Position numbers and translations under genes: made by a program
Notes under the pieces: model-generated
What the model was told of the DNA's origin: nothing
Database searches by the model: none
What the model saw: the letters and a program-made list of their open reading frames with translations, nothing else
Shown here: in pieces, positions 20,901 through 30,709 of the stretch
Position numbering within the stretch: the first letter of the stretch is position 1
How the letters are laid out: the number at the start of each line of letters is the position of its first letter
Assembly (NCBI GenBank): GCA_963815455.1
Contig: CAWFGO010000001.1
Coordinates: forward strand, 1,376,001-1,440,000
DNA from: an uncultured Verrucomicrobiae bacterium
GTDB lineage: Bacteria; Verrucomicrobiota; Verrucomicrobiia; Chthoniobacterales; UBA10450
Direction: 5' to 3'
DNA length: 64,000 bases

Positions 20901-21054
20901 TGTCAGAGATAACGGCATCGGCGCCGTGCGATTCGAGAAGTTGCAATGCCTCTACGCCGTCGGCCGCGTCCGCCACTGTGTGGCCTTCGGCTTCCAGCGT
21001 AGCGTGCAGGAGCTTCAGGTTGATCGGCTGATCATCGACAATTAGGATGTTCAT
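17932..21054 (-). CDS. Cytoplasmic hybrid kinase REC-(PAS)4-HisKA-HATPase-REC
   Basis: N- and C-terminal receivers, [16 protein letters not shown]. Confidence 0.95.
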   Translation of the reverse strand: MNILIVDDQPINLKLLHATLEAEGHTVADAADGVEALQLLESHGADAVISDILMPRMDGYRLCSEVRKRKAFKHVPFIHYTATYTSPSDERLSFDVGADLFLLKPAPAEKIIGALHRVTGKEHTVRSIGTIPQSDVMEEYSERLVSKLEEKNEQLEIAHRELRQLLAHSPAVIYRLKIDGQTITPVVVSDNIERLLGFRVAESTRYEWWLDSLHPEDRERVLDVLAKSLTGDGYSMEYRIRHKDGSYHWIEDNNRMIHGSNGRATEAVGVWTDITERKCAEKTLNDLQRQSKLILNCAGEGIYGLDSDGNINFINPKGANLLGWTSDELLGKPAHSIIHHGKSDGSSSSNGSRSIHADMRAPATQRVTNDVFWRKDGSSFRVDYVTAPIKEERGQITGSIVTFRDITEQFVADARQQLQAEQYRLLFETNPNSMWVFDAKSLQILAVNEAAIQQYGYSRKEFVKLTLTDLRRAEDAPDLMKSVTSSGSPAHFSGQFRHRKKDGSVILVEVYSGPVVWEGTAARIVTGIDVTERKSAEVRLREQADIIDRAHDAIIIRNFEDQRIILWNKGAERLYGWSADEAIGKPTAELLYADLNDREGPLRILISTGEFHGELRQITKGGRELLVDARSTIVRDPEGIPRSVVSINTDITEQKKLEVQLLRSQRLESIGTLASGVAHDLNNVLTPILMCAEMLGDEKTEEGQAPLISMIAGSARRGEGIVKQVLTFARGIEGQRVTLNPRHLIEEVVDIARKTFPKAIEIKSRCPEDLWSIKGDPTQLHQVLLNLCVNARDSMPDGGSLVVAAENVDVDDGYAAMVPDATVGPHVLFNVSDTGAGMCRATVDRIFDPFFTTKAVGKGTGLGLSTALGIVKSHGGFLSVYSEIGEGTTFKVCLPAATSDEELQKAKAPLGPLQGNGELILVVDDEESIARITKMILEKNNYRVISASDGPEALAIFAQQMQSIRLVLTDLSMPFMDGMVLARALKKMKPDVSIIASTGQGEGANDSELEALGIAGLLTKPYDTGKLLQTLRHALAATPK

Positions 21055-21071
21055 GCGAGGCGAGACTTGGT

Positions 21072-21437
21072 TCAGGCTCTTGCCGCAGCGGTCGCGACTT
21101 GTTGCGGAAGTGTGCGTGTATCGACCGGCTTAAGAATGAACGCATCGCAGCCCGCGGCGAATGCTTCGGCCTCGGAGAAGATTTCCACTGCTGCAGTGAT
21201 GGCGACGATCGGAATCGCCTGCGTCTCCGGATCGTTCTTCAATATTCGCGCGAGATTGAGTCCGTCCATGCCCGGGAGTTTGAGGTCGAGCAAAATAACG
21301 TCGGGCTGATTAGCTTTAACTTCTTCCGCAGCCTGCTCGGCTGAGCCATTGCAATGGACGCGATGGCCGCTAAAGCTTAAGACCGCGCTCAGGAGCTTCA
21401 TGTCGGTAGGATCGTCTTCGACAAGGAGGATGTTCAT
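21072..21437 (-). CDS. Single-domain response regulator (DivK/CheY-like)
   Basis: ILLVEDD, ILLDLKLPGMDG, AGCDAFILKP. Confidence 0.93.
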   Translation of the reverse strand: MNILLVEDDPTDMKLLSAVLSFSGHRVHCNGSAEQAAEEVKANQPDVILLDLKLPGMDGLNLARILKNDPETQAIPIVAITAAVEIFSEAEAFAAGCDAFILKPVDTRTLPQQVATAAARA

Positions 21438-21835
21438 GGTGTGTTCGCTTTGGATTTGGCGGCGGTAGCCAGGATTTCTGCCACTTGGCCGGGAAACCTG
21501 CGGGTTTCAATGGGTTTGGTGATGTAGCTGTAACAACCCGCTTCACGCGCCTTATCTTCATCGCCTTTCATGGCGAAGGCGGTGAGCGCGACAATGGGAA
21601 TATGCTGATAGGAAGGATTGGCCTTGAGCAGGCGGGTTAGGGTCAGCCCATCCATCCCGGGCATTTGAATGTCCATTAGAATGAGGTCGGGTTGTGTGTG
21701 TTTGAGAACCTCCTGCGCTTCATCGGCGTCGCGGGCGCGAGCAATCGTATGGCCTTCACATTCCAGCACCTCCGCCGCGAGTTTCAGGTTCGTGGGGTTG
21801 TCGTCCACGATGAGAACCGTCGCTGATGGGCTCAT
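21434..21835 (-). CDS. Single-domain response regulator (DivK-like)
   Basis: VLIVDDNPTN, LILMDIQMPGMDG, ALTAFAMKGD, YITKPI. Confidence 0.93.
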   Translation of the reverse strand: MSPSATVLIVDDNPTNLKLAAEVLECEGHTIARARDADEAQEVLKHTQPDLILMDIQMPGMDGLTLTRLLKANPSYQHIPIVALTAFAMKGDEDKAREAGCYSYITKPIETRRFPGQVAEILATAAKSKANTP

Positions 21836-24099
21836 GCGATTTTCCTTTCGCTTACCCGCGGCAGAATCACGATAAAAGTGCTGCCTTTACCCGGTTCACT
21901 CTGCACTTCAATCGTGCCCTGCTGGAACTTCACGATCTTTTTCGTTAGCGCCAAGCCAAGGCCGGTGCCCTGATGGCTTCGGGCGAGGCCGGTATCGAGC
22001 TGCCGAAATTCGGTGAAAAGCTTGGCCAAATCCTCAGGCTCGATGCCGATGCCGGTGTCCTGGACTTGCAACCGCAAGTGCGTCTCGTCGCAGAGATCAG
22101 CGACGATATTCACGCGACCACCTTCGTCGGTGAATTTTACAGCGTTCGATAAGAGATTAAACAGGACTTGTTTCAGCTTCCGTCTGTCGAGCGTGACTTC
22201 ATCGGCCGAAGGGGCGATCTCGCTGTTAATTGCGACTTTTTTCTGTTGCGCCATCGGCCCAACGACTGAGCAGACTTCTTTGATGGCTTTGCCCACCGAG
22301 AACGCCTCCGGGCGCAGGTCCATTTTGCCCGCCTCGACTTTAGCGAGGTCGAGCACATCGTTAATGAGTTGAAGCAAATGCCGGCCACTATCGAAGATGT
22401 CGGTCACGTATTCCTTTTGCTTCGGCGTGAGCGTGCCCGTCTTTCCGTCAATTAGGAATTCGGAGAATCCAATAATTCCATTGAGCGGCGTGCGCAGCTC
22501 ATGACTCATATTGGCAAGAAACTCCGACTTCATTTGATCGGCCGATTCCGCCTGTTCTTTGGCTGATTGAAGTTCGATAGTGCGCTCGGCCACGCGCTGC
22601 TCGAGGCCAGCGTTCAGGCTGCGAATCTCCTCCTCGGCTCGCTTGCGTTCGGTGATATCGGTGCGAATGGCCACGTATTGCCGCGGTTTGCCATCTTCGC
22701 CGAGGAAAGGGAGGATGGTTGCGTCGACCCAATAGTTGGAGCCATCCTTCGCGCGGTTCTTAATCTCGCCATGCCAGACGTCGCCACGCGCAATCGTCGT
22801 CCACAGGTCGCGCATAAATTGCTTCGAGTGATAGCCCGAATTGATGATGCGGTGATCCTGGCCCAAGAGTTCTTCGCGAGAATATTTGGAGATCGTGCAG
22901 AACTTGTCGTTCACGTAGGTGATCTTTCCCTGCGGATTGGTCATCGCGACAATGGCGTGCTCGTCCAGCGCCGCCTTCAAGTCGCCGATTTCCTTGAACG
23001 AAGTTTTTAACTGATCTTCGGTTCGCTTGAGCTTGGTGATGTCGCGCGCCATTTTCGACACACCGATGATCGTGCCAGTAGCATCCTTGATTGGTGAGGC
23101 CGTGATCGAGACATTAATCATTTCCCCGCTCTTGGTTTGCCGCAACGATTCAAAGTGCACCACACTTTCACCACGCTTGATCTTCGCTAGAAGTTGATTC
23201 TCCTCATCCCGGAGGTCATTTGGAATCAGCCGCAAAATGGAGGTCCCCACCATTTCGCCGGCGGCATAGCCGAAGATTGTTTCAGCGCCTTTGTTCCAGC
23301 TCGTGACGATGCTGTTCAAATCTTTTCCAATGATCGCTTCATTCGAAGATTCTATAATCGCCGCCAGCCGGCTTGTGGCTCTTTCCGCCAGTTTGCGTTC
23401 GGTGATGTCGCGGACGTTACATTGGATGAGACGCTTTGTGCCCACGAGATAGGCGTTGCTGATGAACTCGACCTCCACCCGCCGCCCATCCTTCGTTTCC
23501 AAGGGCAGGCCTTCGCAACGAGGACGGTCTTCGCGTTGCAACTCGGCGAACGCCACTTTGGAAGCAGCGCTGCCTTTGAATGGACCGATCTCCCAGAGCT
23601 TTCTTCCCAGAAATTCTTCCTGCGAATAGCCGAGCAACTCTTTCATGACTGGATTGGCGTCGACCACCTGCCCGGTCTCGGCATCGAGAATGAGAATGCC
23701 GTCCTGCGCTGTTTCAAATAGCCGCCGATAACGAAGTTCGGAAGAGAGGATCGCCTCCACACTCCGAGCCTCAGCCTCTTCCGTTCTCATCTCCGCTTGC
23801 TCGGTCCGCGTTTTAGCCTGTTCTGTCCGCGTCTCGGCCTGTTCTGTCCGCGTCTCGGCTTTCTCCGTTCGCGTATTAGCTTGTTCGGTCCGCGTGTTGG
23901 CCTGCTCCGTCCGGGTATTGGCCTCGTCCGTCCGCGTATTGGCTTGGTCGACGCGCGTCTCAGCCTGCTCAATCAGCGTGTCCTGTCCGGGAACGTCTTG
24001 ATTCTCCTTTATTTTGTCCTCATCACCAACCACAGTTCGGCCCGGACCCTTGGCCGGCGATGACTTCGAGGGATTCTTATTAGTAAATATGGTGGACAC
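21832..24099 (-). CDS. PAS histidine kinase with N-terminal heptad-repeat coiled coil
   Basis: EQAxTRT repeats, three PAS, FLANMSHELRTPL, NAVKFT, GTGLGL. Confidence 0.95.
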   Translation of the reverse strand: MSTIFTNKNPSKSSPAKGPGRTVVGDEDKIKENQDVPGQDTLIEQAETRVDQANTRTDEANTRTEQANTRTEQANTRTEKAETRTEQAETRTEQAKTRTEQAEMRTEEAEARSVEAILSSELRYRRLFETAQDGILILDAETGQVVDANPVMKELLGYSQEEFLGRKLWEIGPFKGSAASKVAFAELQREDRPRCEGLPLETKDGRRVEVEFISNAYLVGTKRLIQCNVRDITERKLAERATSRLAAIIESSNEAIIGKDLNSIVTSWNKGAETIFGYAAGEMVGTSILRLIPNDLRDEENQLLAKIKRGESVVHFESLRQTKSGEMINVSITASPIKDATGTIIGVSKMARDITKLKRTEDQLKTSFKEIGDLKAALDEHAIVAMTNPQGKITYVNDKFCTISKYSREELLGQDHRIINSGYHSKQFMRDLWTTIARGDVWHGEIKNRAKDGSNYWVDATILPFLGEDGKPRQYVAIRTDITERKRAEEEIRSLNAGLEQRVAERTIELQSAKEQAESADQMKSEFLANMSHELRTPLNGIIGFSEFLIDGKTGTLTPKQKEYVTDIFDSGRHLLQLINDVLDLAKVEAGKMDLRPEAFSVGKAIKEVCSVVGPMAQQKKVAINSEIAPSADEVTLDRRKLKQVLFNLLSNAVKFTDEGGRVNIVADLCDETHLRLQVQDTGIGIEPEDLAKLFTEFRQLDTGLARSHQGTGLGLALTKKIVKFQQGTIEVQSEPGKGSTFIVILPRVSERKIA
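23761..23970 (-). repeat. Ten 21-bp coding tandem repeats (EQAxTRT)
   Basis: EQAETRV DQANTRT DEANTRT EQANTRT EQANTRT EKAETRT EQAETRT EQAKTRT EQAEMRT EEAEARS. Confidence 0.92.
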
Positions 24100-24337
24100 G
24101 GATACTTAAATGAATTGCGTTTTTCCCTATACGCGCCAGGGATCCACCTCCTTTGCGCTTGCTCCTTACTTGAGCAGCGGCCGTGCGCCGAGCGGGTGCG
24201 GATATTACGCATTTCTGCTACGAGAAAAGCCGCAACAGCGGACCGTAAATCCTCTCTTAGTATCGCCCAGGATGCGACCTAACCGATCGTTCAACGGAGG
24301 AAGGGATTGTCTTGTTAGGTAGAAACTGCTATCCGCG

Positions 24338-26191
24338 CTAAGCTCCCAGCTCAACTGCTCCCGCTAATTGAAGTCTCGCTGAGACATCCAATGCCGCTTT
24401 CGACTCTACGTTGGGAGCAATTTGTTGAAGCACATGCTGAAGTTGTTCGAAATTAATCGGTTTGACCAAGTGGGCCAGGAAACCTGCCTGCTGTGTCCTG
24501 GCGCGATCTTCCGCCATGCCGTATCCGCTAAGAGCAACGCCGCGCAGGCCATATTGCTTAGCCAAGTGCCGCATCAAATCGATCCCGCTCCCGTCCGGAA
24601 GCCCGAGATCGCTGATGACCAAATCAAACGAATTGGTGGACGCCAACAGAAGAGCCCCTTTCACCGTACAAGCGGTAAGCACATTATGGCCGTGCCGGCA
24701 AAGGAGACGCGCGAGCACCGACATCGTCGGCTCATGATCTTCAATCACGAGCAGGCGCAGATGCTGCGATTTGGTCGCACCGTTCTGAGAGCTCGCATTG
24801 TCCAACACCTGCGAACTTGGAAATGGTAACACCGTGGCAAGTTGGACGGTAAATAACGCTCCCAGCCCTGGGCCGGCGCTCTCGGCGCGAATGGTTCCGC
24901 CGTGCAACTCCATGATCGCTTTTGAAATCGATAACCCGAGCCCTAATCCACCGGGACCTTGAGGTCCTGGCGTATCTCCCTGTCCAAAGACGCGAAAAAT
25001 AACGGGCAACATCTGCGGATCGATCCCTGCGCCCGTGTCTTGCACCGTAACGGCGAATTGGCCCGGTGCGGGATTGGCGGTGCGCACGATGACTCGTCCA
25101 CCCGTCGGTGTAAACTTGATGGCGTTTTTCATTACATTCCAAAAGACCTGATGGAGTCGCGCCTCATCGCCACCGACATGGTGTTCGCTCGCCGTCAAAT
25201 CAAACTGCAAATGGATGGACTTCTGCCGCGCGTCGCTGCCTACGATCTGTTCGGTGTGTAAGAGCAATGAATGAACATCGACCGGTCCCGATTGGACCAG
25301 TTGAAACTTACCGTTAGCAATCCTGGTGTGATCGAGCAAGTCATCGATCAGTCGAGCTTCGAGCTCGACATTGCGCCGAATCATGGCCAGTTGTTCACGA
25401 AACTCCGGTTCGATTGCGCCTTCCTGTTCCAGAGCAGACACACATAGCAGCACCGGGGTCAGCGGCGTTCGCAACTCATGCGAGAGAGTGGCCAGGAAGT
25501 TGTCTTTGGCGCGGTTGGCCTGCTCGGCTTCTTCCCTGGCGCTCCGAGCCTCTGCGTGCACGAAAAGCGACTCCGTTACCATCCGCTCGCGTTCCGCGAC
25601 TTCGGTCTGTAATCTGACGTTAAGCTCTTCGAGCTCGCAAACCTTGTGGGCCAGTTTGTCGGTAACAACACGCAGATGACTGCTAGTAAACTCCGGCTCC
25701 GAAAACGGACCGCTCGCGCGGAATGGTGAGGCAAGCGCCTCCTCCACAACCTTGAGAACTTCTGCCGACTTGACCGGTTTGACAAAGATGTGGCGGACGC
25801 CACACGCTTTGGCGAGCTTCCGCGATTCTTCTTCGATGTAACTGGCTGTATAAAAAACTACCGTCGTATGCGCGATCTTGCGATCGAGGCGCAACTCGTC
25901 GCACGAATTCGTAGCCATCCATCTTCGGCATGAGAATGTCGACAATGACAAGGTCGGGATTTTCGATCGCGCACCATTTTTAGCGCTTGCGCGTCCGCTG
26001 TCCGCCTCGAGCAAGCGATGGCCGGAGTGCGCCAGCAGCGCAAAGAGAACTCGCCGTTCGATCGCCCAATCATCGACGATGAGAATTGTTCTTACCTTTG
26101 TCTTGGCGGGCGCTTCTTCGGCGCGGCCGTCGATGTTTCTTTTGTCGGAATTCCTTGGACAGGCTCTTTTCCTGGCGGGAAATTTTGTCAT
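24338..26191 (-). CDS. Hybrid kinase REC-HisKA-HATPase-REC; compensating frameshifts at ~25900-25995
   Basis: ILIVDD; AQALKMVR and ILMPKMDGYEFVR lie in alternative frames; LSHELRTPL; GGLGLGL; C-terminal REC. Confidence 0.88.
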   Translation of the reverse strand: MTKFPARKRACPRNSDKRNIDGRAEEAPAKTKVRTILIVDDWAIERRVLFALLAHSGHRLLEADSGRASAKNGARSKIPTLSLSTFSCRRWMATNSCDELRLDRKIAHTTVVFYTASYIEEESRKLAKACGVRHIFVKPVKSAEVLKVVEEALASPFRASGPFSEPEFTSSHLRVVTDKLAHKVCELEELNVRLQTEVAERERMVTESLFVHAEARSAREEAEQANRAKDNFLATLSHELRTPLTPVLLCVSALEQEGAIEPEFREQLAMIRRNVELEARLIDDLLDHTRIANGKFQLVQSGPVDVHSLLLHTEQIVGSDARQKSIHLQFDLTASEHHVGGDEARLHQVFWNVMKNAIKFTPTGGRVIVRTANPAPGQFAVTVQDTGAGIDPQMLPVIFRVFGQGDTPGPQGPGGLGLGLSISKAIMELHGGTIRAESAGPGLGALFTVQLATVLPFPSSQVLDNASSQNGATKSQHLRLLVIEDHEPTMSVLARLLCRHGHNVLTACTVKGALLLASTNSFDLVISDLGLPDGSGIDLMRHLAKQYGLRGVALSGYGMAEDRARTQQAGFLAHLVKPINFEQLQHVLQQIAPNVESKAALDVSARLQLAGAVELGA

Positions 26192-26412
26192 GCGGCATAA
26201 CCGAAAAAAGACGCAGTCGGCCGTTGAGGAAATACTGGCATCGTCGCCCGCAAGAATCACGGAGGATGCCAGCGATCGCGCGATTGAAGCGTCGACCTGA
26301 ATTGCGTATTCAAGTGAGGTGAGGAATTCGTTCTTACCTCACGGCTTGCGCTGATTTCAAGGGAAGAATCACTCAACCGGGCTCCCAGACTTGCGCGCAG
26401 TCAACGGGCGAT

Positions 26413-27119
26413 TTACTCACAGCTTGAATACGATTGCGCGTCCAAATCAGCCAGTCGGTTCAAGTCAGGCTCGACAATGTTATTGCGGATTGCGTAGCGA
26501 ACCAGTGCGGCGAGGGAGTCCAGGCCGAGCTTGCGCATGAGGGTTGCCCGGTGAGTTTCAGCCGTGCGGATGCTGATGCCCGAGGGAATTGGCGACCTCT
26601 TTGTTGCTCTCCACCTTGGCAAGGAGGCGCACCACTTCTCTTTCGCGTTCCGTCAAGGTATGTTCCTGCCCGTTTTGCTTTTTCCCTGAAGAAGAGGAGA
26701 GAAATTTTGCGAAAAGAATCTGCGAAATTGCGGGTGTGAAAAACGCCTTATGTTCGCTGAGCGATTTGATCGCCGCCACCAGATGCCGCCCGGCATCAGA
26801 TTTTTGGATATAGCTCTTCGCTCCGGCATCGAATAAGTTGCTCGATCATCTCCTCCGCGTGGTAGGCACTAAAGATCACGACTTCTGTATCTGGCAGGGC
26901 GCGCTTGATCTGGCGCAGAGCCTCCAGCCCGTCCAGCTCCGGCATGGTCAGATCCAAAACAACACTTCGGGCTTTAGTTTCTTGGCGGTCTCGACCACTT
27001 CCTCGCCGTTTGTGGCGGTGCCGCAGACTTGCCATCCAGGCTCATGCTCGATCAATGCCCGCACTCCCTTCCGCATTACCTCATGATCGTCGGCGACAAG
27101 AATTCTCAGTGGACGGCAT
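26413..27119 (-). CDS. NarL/LuxR-family response regulator, several frameshifts (errors or pseudogene)
   Basis: Fragments in different frames: LRILVADDHEVMRKG, VVLDLTMPELDG, LTEREREVVRLLA, ISIRTAETHRATLMRKL. Confidence 0.85.
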
Positions 27120-27120
27120 T

Positions 27121-29137
27121 TTATTTTTCCGCGGTCGTTGTGCAGCACGCGATCAATCGCGCGCAGCAATGTTTCCCGAGAATAAGGCTTGTTCAGAAAT
27201 CCCTGCACCCCGATCTCAGGCAACTCGCCCGGGTTGTAATCGCTATCCCGCGCGCCGGAGACAATGATCTTTGCCTTGGCGCCCATCTTGCGCAGCGTTC
27301 GCGCGAGCACCAGGCCACTCATGATCGGCATGACCACGTCGGTCAGCACCACATCGATCTTCTTCGATTGTCGCACAAAAAGGGCGAGGGCGGACGGACC
27401 GTCTTCCGCCACAAGAACTTTGTAGCCACTCTTGGAAAGAACGGCCATGGCTACCTCTCGAATTGCCGGTTCGTCATCCACAATGAGGATGGTTTCGCCG
27501 TGACCGGTCGGAACCTCCATTTGCGCCTTGGTCTCGTCAGCTTGAAAACGCCCGGCGAGGATGGCAGAAGAACACGGAAAGTCGTACTGTTGGCAGTACT
27601 GGAAACAGTAATGACTCCCCCATGACTCCTGACAATGCCAAGCGCGCTCGAAAGCCCGAGTCCGGTACCTTTGCCAGGTTCTTTTGTGGTAAAGAAAGGA
27701 TCGAAAATCTTGTCGACAAACTGCCGCGGAATTCCGGGGCCAGTATCGATGACGCTGATCAGGATGTGAGGGCCTGGCTTAACGCCTGGCCTCATCGACG
27801 GCGGATTGTTCGTCGACGTCGAAATTTTCGGCAGCCAGCAACAGAGTTCCCCCTTCGGGCATGGCATCGCGTGCATTGAGACACAGGTTGAGCAACACCT
27901 GGTGCAGTTGCGTTGGGTCCGCCTCCACCAGCCGCAGGTCCTCCGCGTAACTCGTCCGCACCTCTACCGTCTTCGGGAAAGTCTGTTTCGCGATCTTCGC
28001 GATTTCTTCGATGCAGGTGAATTGGTTGCAAAAGAACCCGGTCGCCGCGCGCACCCCGGCAAAGGCGAGGACCTGTCTGACGATATCGGCCCCGCGCTGC
28101 GCGGATGATTCGATAGCGTTCAGAAATTTCTCTTTCCTCCGGGGACGGGTCGCCGCGCAGCATTGGCGCCACCATCAAGATTGGCACCAGGACATTGTTC
28201 AGATCGTGGGCCACCCCGCTGGCCAACGTTCCAATGCTTTCCAAGCGTTGCGTGCGCAGCAAGTGCTTCTCTAACTTTTTCCGCTCTGTGATGTCGGTGT
28301 TGATCCCGAGCACCGCCTGCGGCGTGCCATTGTCGTCTCGAATGAGGGTCACGCGAGCATCGACCACCACTTCAGATCCATCTTTGGTGCGGTGCTTGAC
28401 GCTCACCATGGAATTCGCCGGTCGAAAGCAACTGTTCGATCTGCAACCGCCGTCGCTTGATTCGTCGTAAATCAACTCACCCAGCGGCCGCCCGATCGCT
28501 TCACTCGCCTCCAGCCGTAGAGACGCTCCGCGCCGCTGTTCCAAACGGTGACGACGATCACTGCCGAAATCGCGCATGATAATGGCGTCCTGGGCGCGCT
28601 CGATAATATCGGCTTGCTCACGCAAGCGTTGCTCAGTTCGCTTTCGCTCCGTAATGTCGGTCCACACCCCCACCATTTGTTGCGGTCTGCCCGCTGCGTC
28701 GCGCACGACACGGCTATTATCTTGCACCCAATGATAACTCCCATCCTTGTGCCGAATCCGGTATTCCATCGCATAGCCACCGGTCTCTGAACGCTTCGGT
28801 CAGCACGCCTAACGGCTCGATCACGATCCTCCGGATGCAAGCTCTCCAGCCACCACTCATATGGTCATCGACTCGGCCGCAGTGAATCCAAGTAAACGCT
28901 CAATATTTTCGCTCACCAGGATTGGAACGATGTTCTTCCCTCTATTCTAAGGACGTAAAGAACCGCCGGGGTGTGGGCGAGCAGATGGTGCAGCTGTTGA
29001 TGCGCAGCCCCGGGTTCGCCGGCATCTCGCCAACCCTTTGGGTTCCGAACTCCTCCCTCGAAGTCTGAGGAGCTGGCGCGATCAAGACTGGATCGCTGAG
29101 GTATCCTCTCTATCTCAATAGGAGGAGCGGCGCACAA
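27121..29137 (-). CDS. PAS hybrid histidine kinase, heavily frameshifted; ends approximate
   Basis: Fragments: [68 protein letters not shown]. Confidence 0.85.
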
Positions 29138-29184
29138 CTGGGGAGAAGCTAGTGTTCGTGTTTCGCGTACTCGTACAAGAATGA

Positions 29185-29246
29185 ACCGGAAAATCCTTAG
29201 CGCGCCATAAGGAAAATCCTCGGAACGAGTTAGGTAGAATTACCGA
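29185..29246. promoter_or_regulatory. Three 23-bp-spaced candidate operator sites
   Basis: GGAAAATCCT at 29188 and 29211, GTAGAATTAC at 29234; related sites at 24316 and 30012. Confidence 0.4.
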
Positions 29247-29267
29247 GCGCGACAAATCCCGATTTTT

Positions 29268-29930
29268 TCATTTAACGGGACCTTCTCCCGGCACCAGCCC
29301 GGCACGCATCGCGTAGCGAACTAAACCCGGCAGATCGCGGATACGCAATTTTCTCATTAGTTGCAAACGATGCGCGTCGACCGTTTTGCCGCTTAACCCG
29401 AGAGAAAATGCGATCTCTTTGGTACTATTGCCTTCAGCCATTAATTGCAGGATCTCGCGTTGTCTCGGCGTTAGGTTTTTCATGCCTCCATGGTTCCCGT
29501 CGATGCGCGCGAGATAATTTTCGATCGTCCGCCTGGAAATTTGCGGGCTAAAATACGTTTCTCCCTTCCTGACCGCGCGAATCGCCCGTTCCAAGTCAGC
29601 GAGCGACGCGTCTTTGATCAAATAACCCCGTGCCCCCGCCCGAAGAGCCTGCACGACATATTCTTCATTCGCGTACATGGAGAGGATAATGACTTGCGTG
29701 TTTGGAAACTCCTTGCGAATGCGGATACAGGCTTCCAAGCCGTTCAAACGCGGCATGGCCACATCCATTAACACCACGTCAGGCCGATGTTTTCTGAGCA
29801 TCTTGATGGCTTCACGGCCATCACCGCCTTCAGCTACGACCTTAAACGATGGAATTTTCTCCAGGAGCGAGCGAAAACCGGCGCGGACCAGCCGATGATC
29901 ATCGGCCAGGAGGATGCGCGTTTTTTTCAC
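29268..29930 (-). CDS. NarL/LuxR-family response regulator
   Basis: ILLADDH, VLMDVAMP, LTPRQREILQLMAEG HTH. Confidence 0.95.
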   Translation of the reverse strand: MKKTRILLADDHRLVRAGFRSLLEKIPSFKVVAEGGDGREAIKMLRKHRPDVVLMDVAMPRLNGLEACIRIRKEFPNTQVIILSMYANEEYVVQALRAGARGYLIKDASLADLERAIRAVRKGETYFSPQISRRTIENYLARIDGNHGGMKNLTPRQREILQLMAEGNSTKEIAFSLGLSGKTVDAHRLQLMRKLRIRDLPGLVRYAMRAGLVPGEGPVK

Positions 29931-30055
29931 GAGAGCCTGCCAAACTTAAACCGCTGAAATGCTTACAACTTTCACAAGAGGATAGTTGACCGCGCGGGTT
30001 GTCACCGGCAATAGGGAAAAACCTTACATCGGCGGTCTCCCACCCACCTGAATAT

Positions 30056-30709
30056 CTAGCGCTCGGCCGAGACCAATCCGCTGCGAATCGCATATCGTAC
30101 CAGGCCGGGAACGTCGTGGAGGTTCAATCGTTCCATTAATTGCAGTCGATGTGACTCGACCGTCTTAACGCTGATCTCCAGATCCGCGGCTACCTCTTTT
30201 GTGTTTTTTCCCTCGGCAATTAGTTGCAAAATCTCGCGTTGTCGCGAGGTCAGCTTTTCGAGCGGGCTGACTGGTCCGCCGACACGCTGCAAATAATCGT
30301 CGAGCACCGTGCGAGAAATGGAGGGGCTGAGATAAACCTTGCCTTGAATCACTGAATTGATGGCCAGCTTTAAATCAGTGGTCGCCGAATCCTTGAGCAG
30401 ATAACCGGCAGCCCCACTGCGCAGCGCCCGGATGACATATTCTTCATTCGCGTGCGCCGAAAGAATGATCACTTTCACCCCCGGGAAATCTTTCGTGATT
30501 CGCGGCAGCGCCTCTAACCCCCCCAGCCCGGTCATGGCGATATCCATCAAAACAAGATTTGGCAGTCTCGATTTCACCATTTCGACCGCTTCTCGCCCCG
30601 TGCTCGCTTCACCGACCACTTCGACATTTGGAATCTTCTCGATTAATGCCCGGATACCAGAACGGACGAGAATGTGATCGTCCGCGAGAAGCACACCGAT
30701 TGCATTCAT
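30056..30709 (-). CDS. NarL/LuxR-family response regulator, paralog of 29268..29930
   Basis: VLLADDH, VLMDIAM, LTSRQREILQLIAEG HTH. Confidence 0.95.
   Translation of the reverse strand: MNAIGVLLADDHILVRSGIRALIEKIPNVEVVGEASTGREAVEMVKSRLPNLVLMDIAMTGLGGLEALPRITKDFPGVKVIILSAHANEEYVIRALRSGAAGYLLKDSATTDLKLAINSVIQGKVYLSPSISRTVLDDYLQRVGGPVSPLEKLTSRQREILQLIAEGKNTKEVAADLEISVKTVESHRLQLMERLNLHDVPGLVRYAIRSGLVSAER

Noticed and set aside
26948..27520. REC-REC fusion protein
   Set aside because: Best explained by indels joining the kinase C-terminal receiver to the start of the next NarL gene in an error-rich zone
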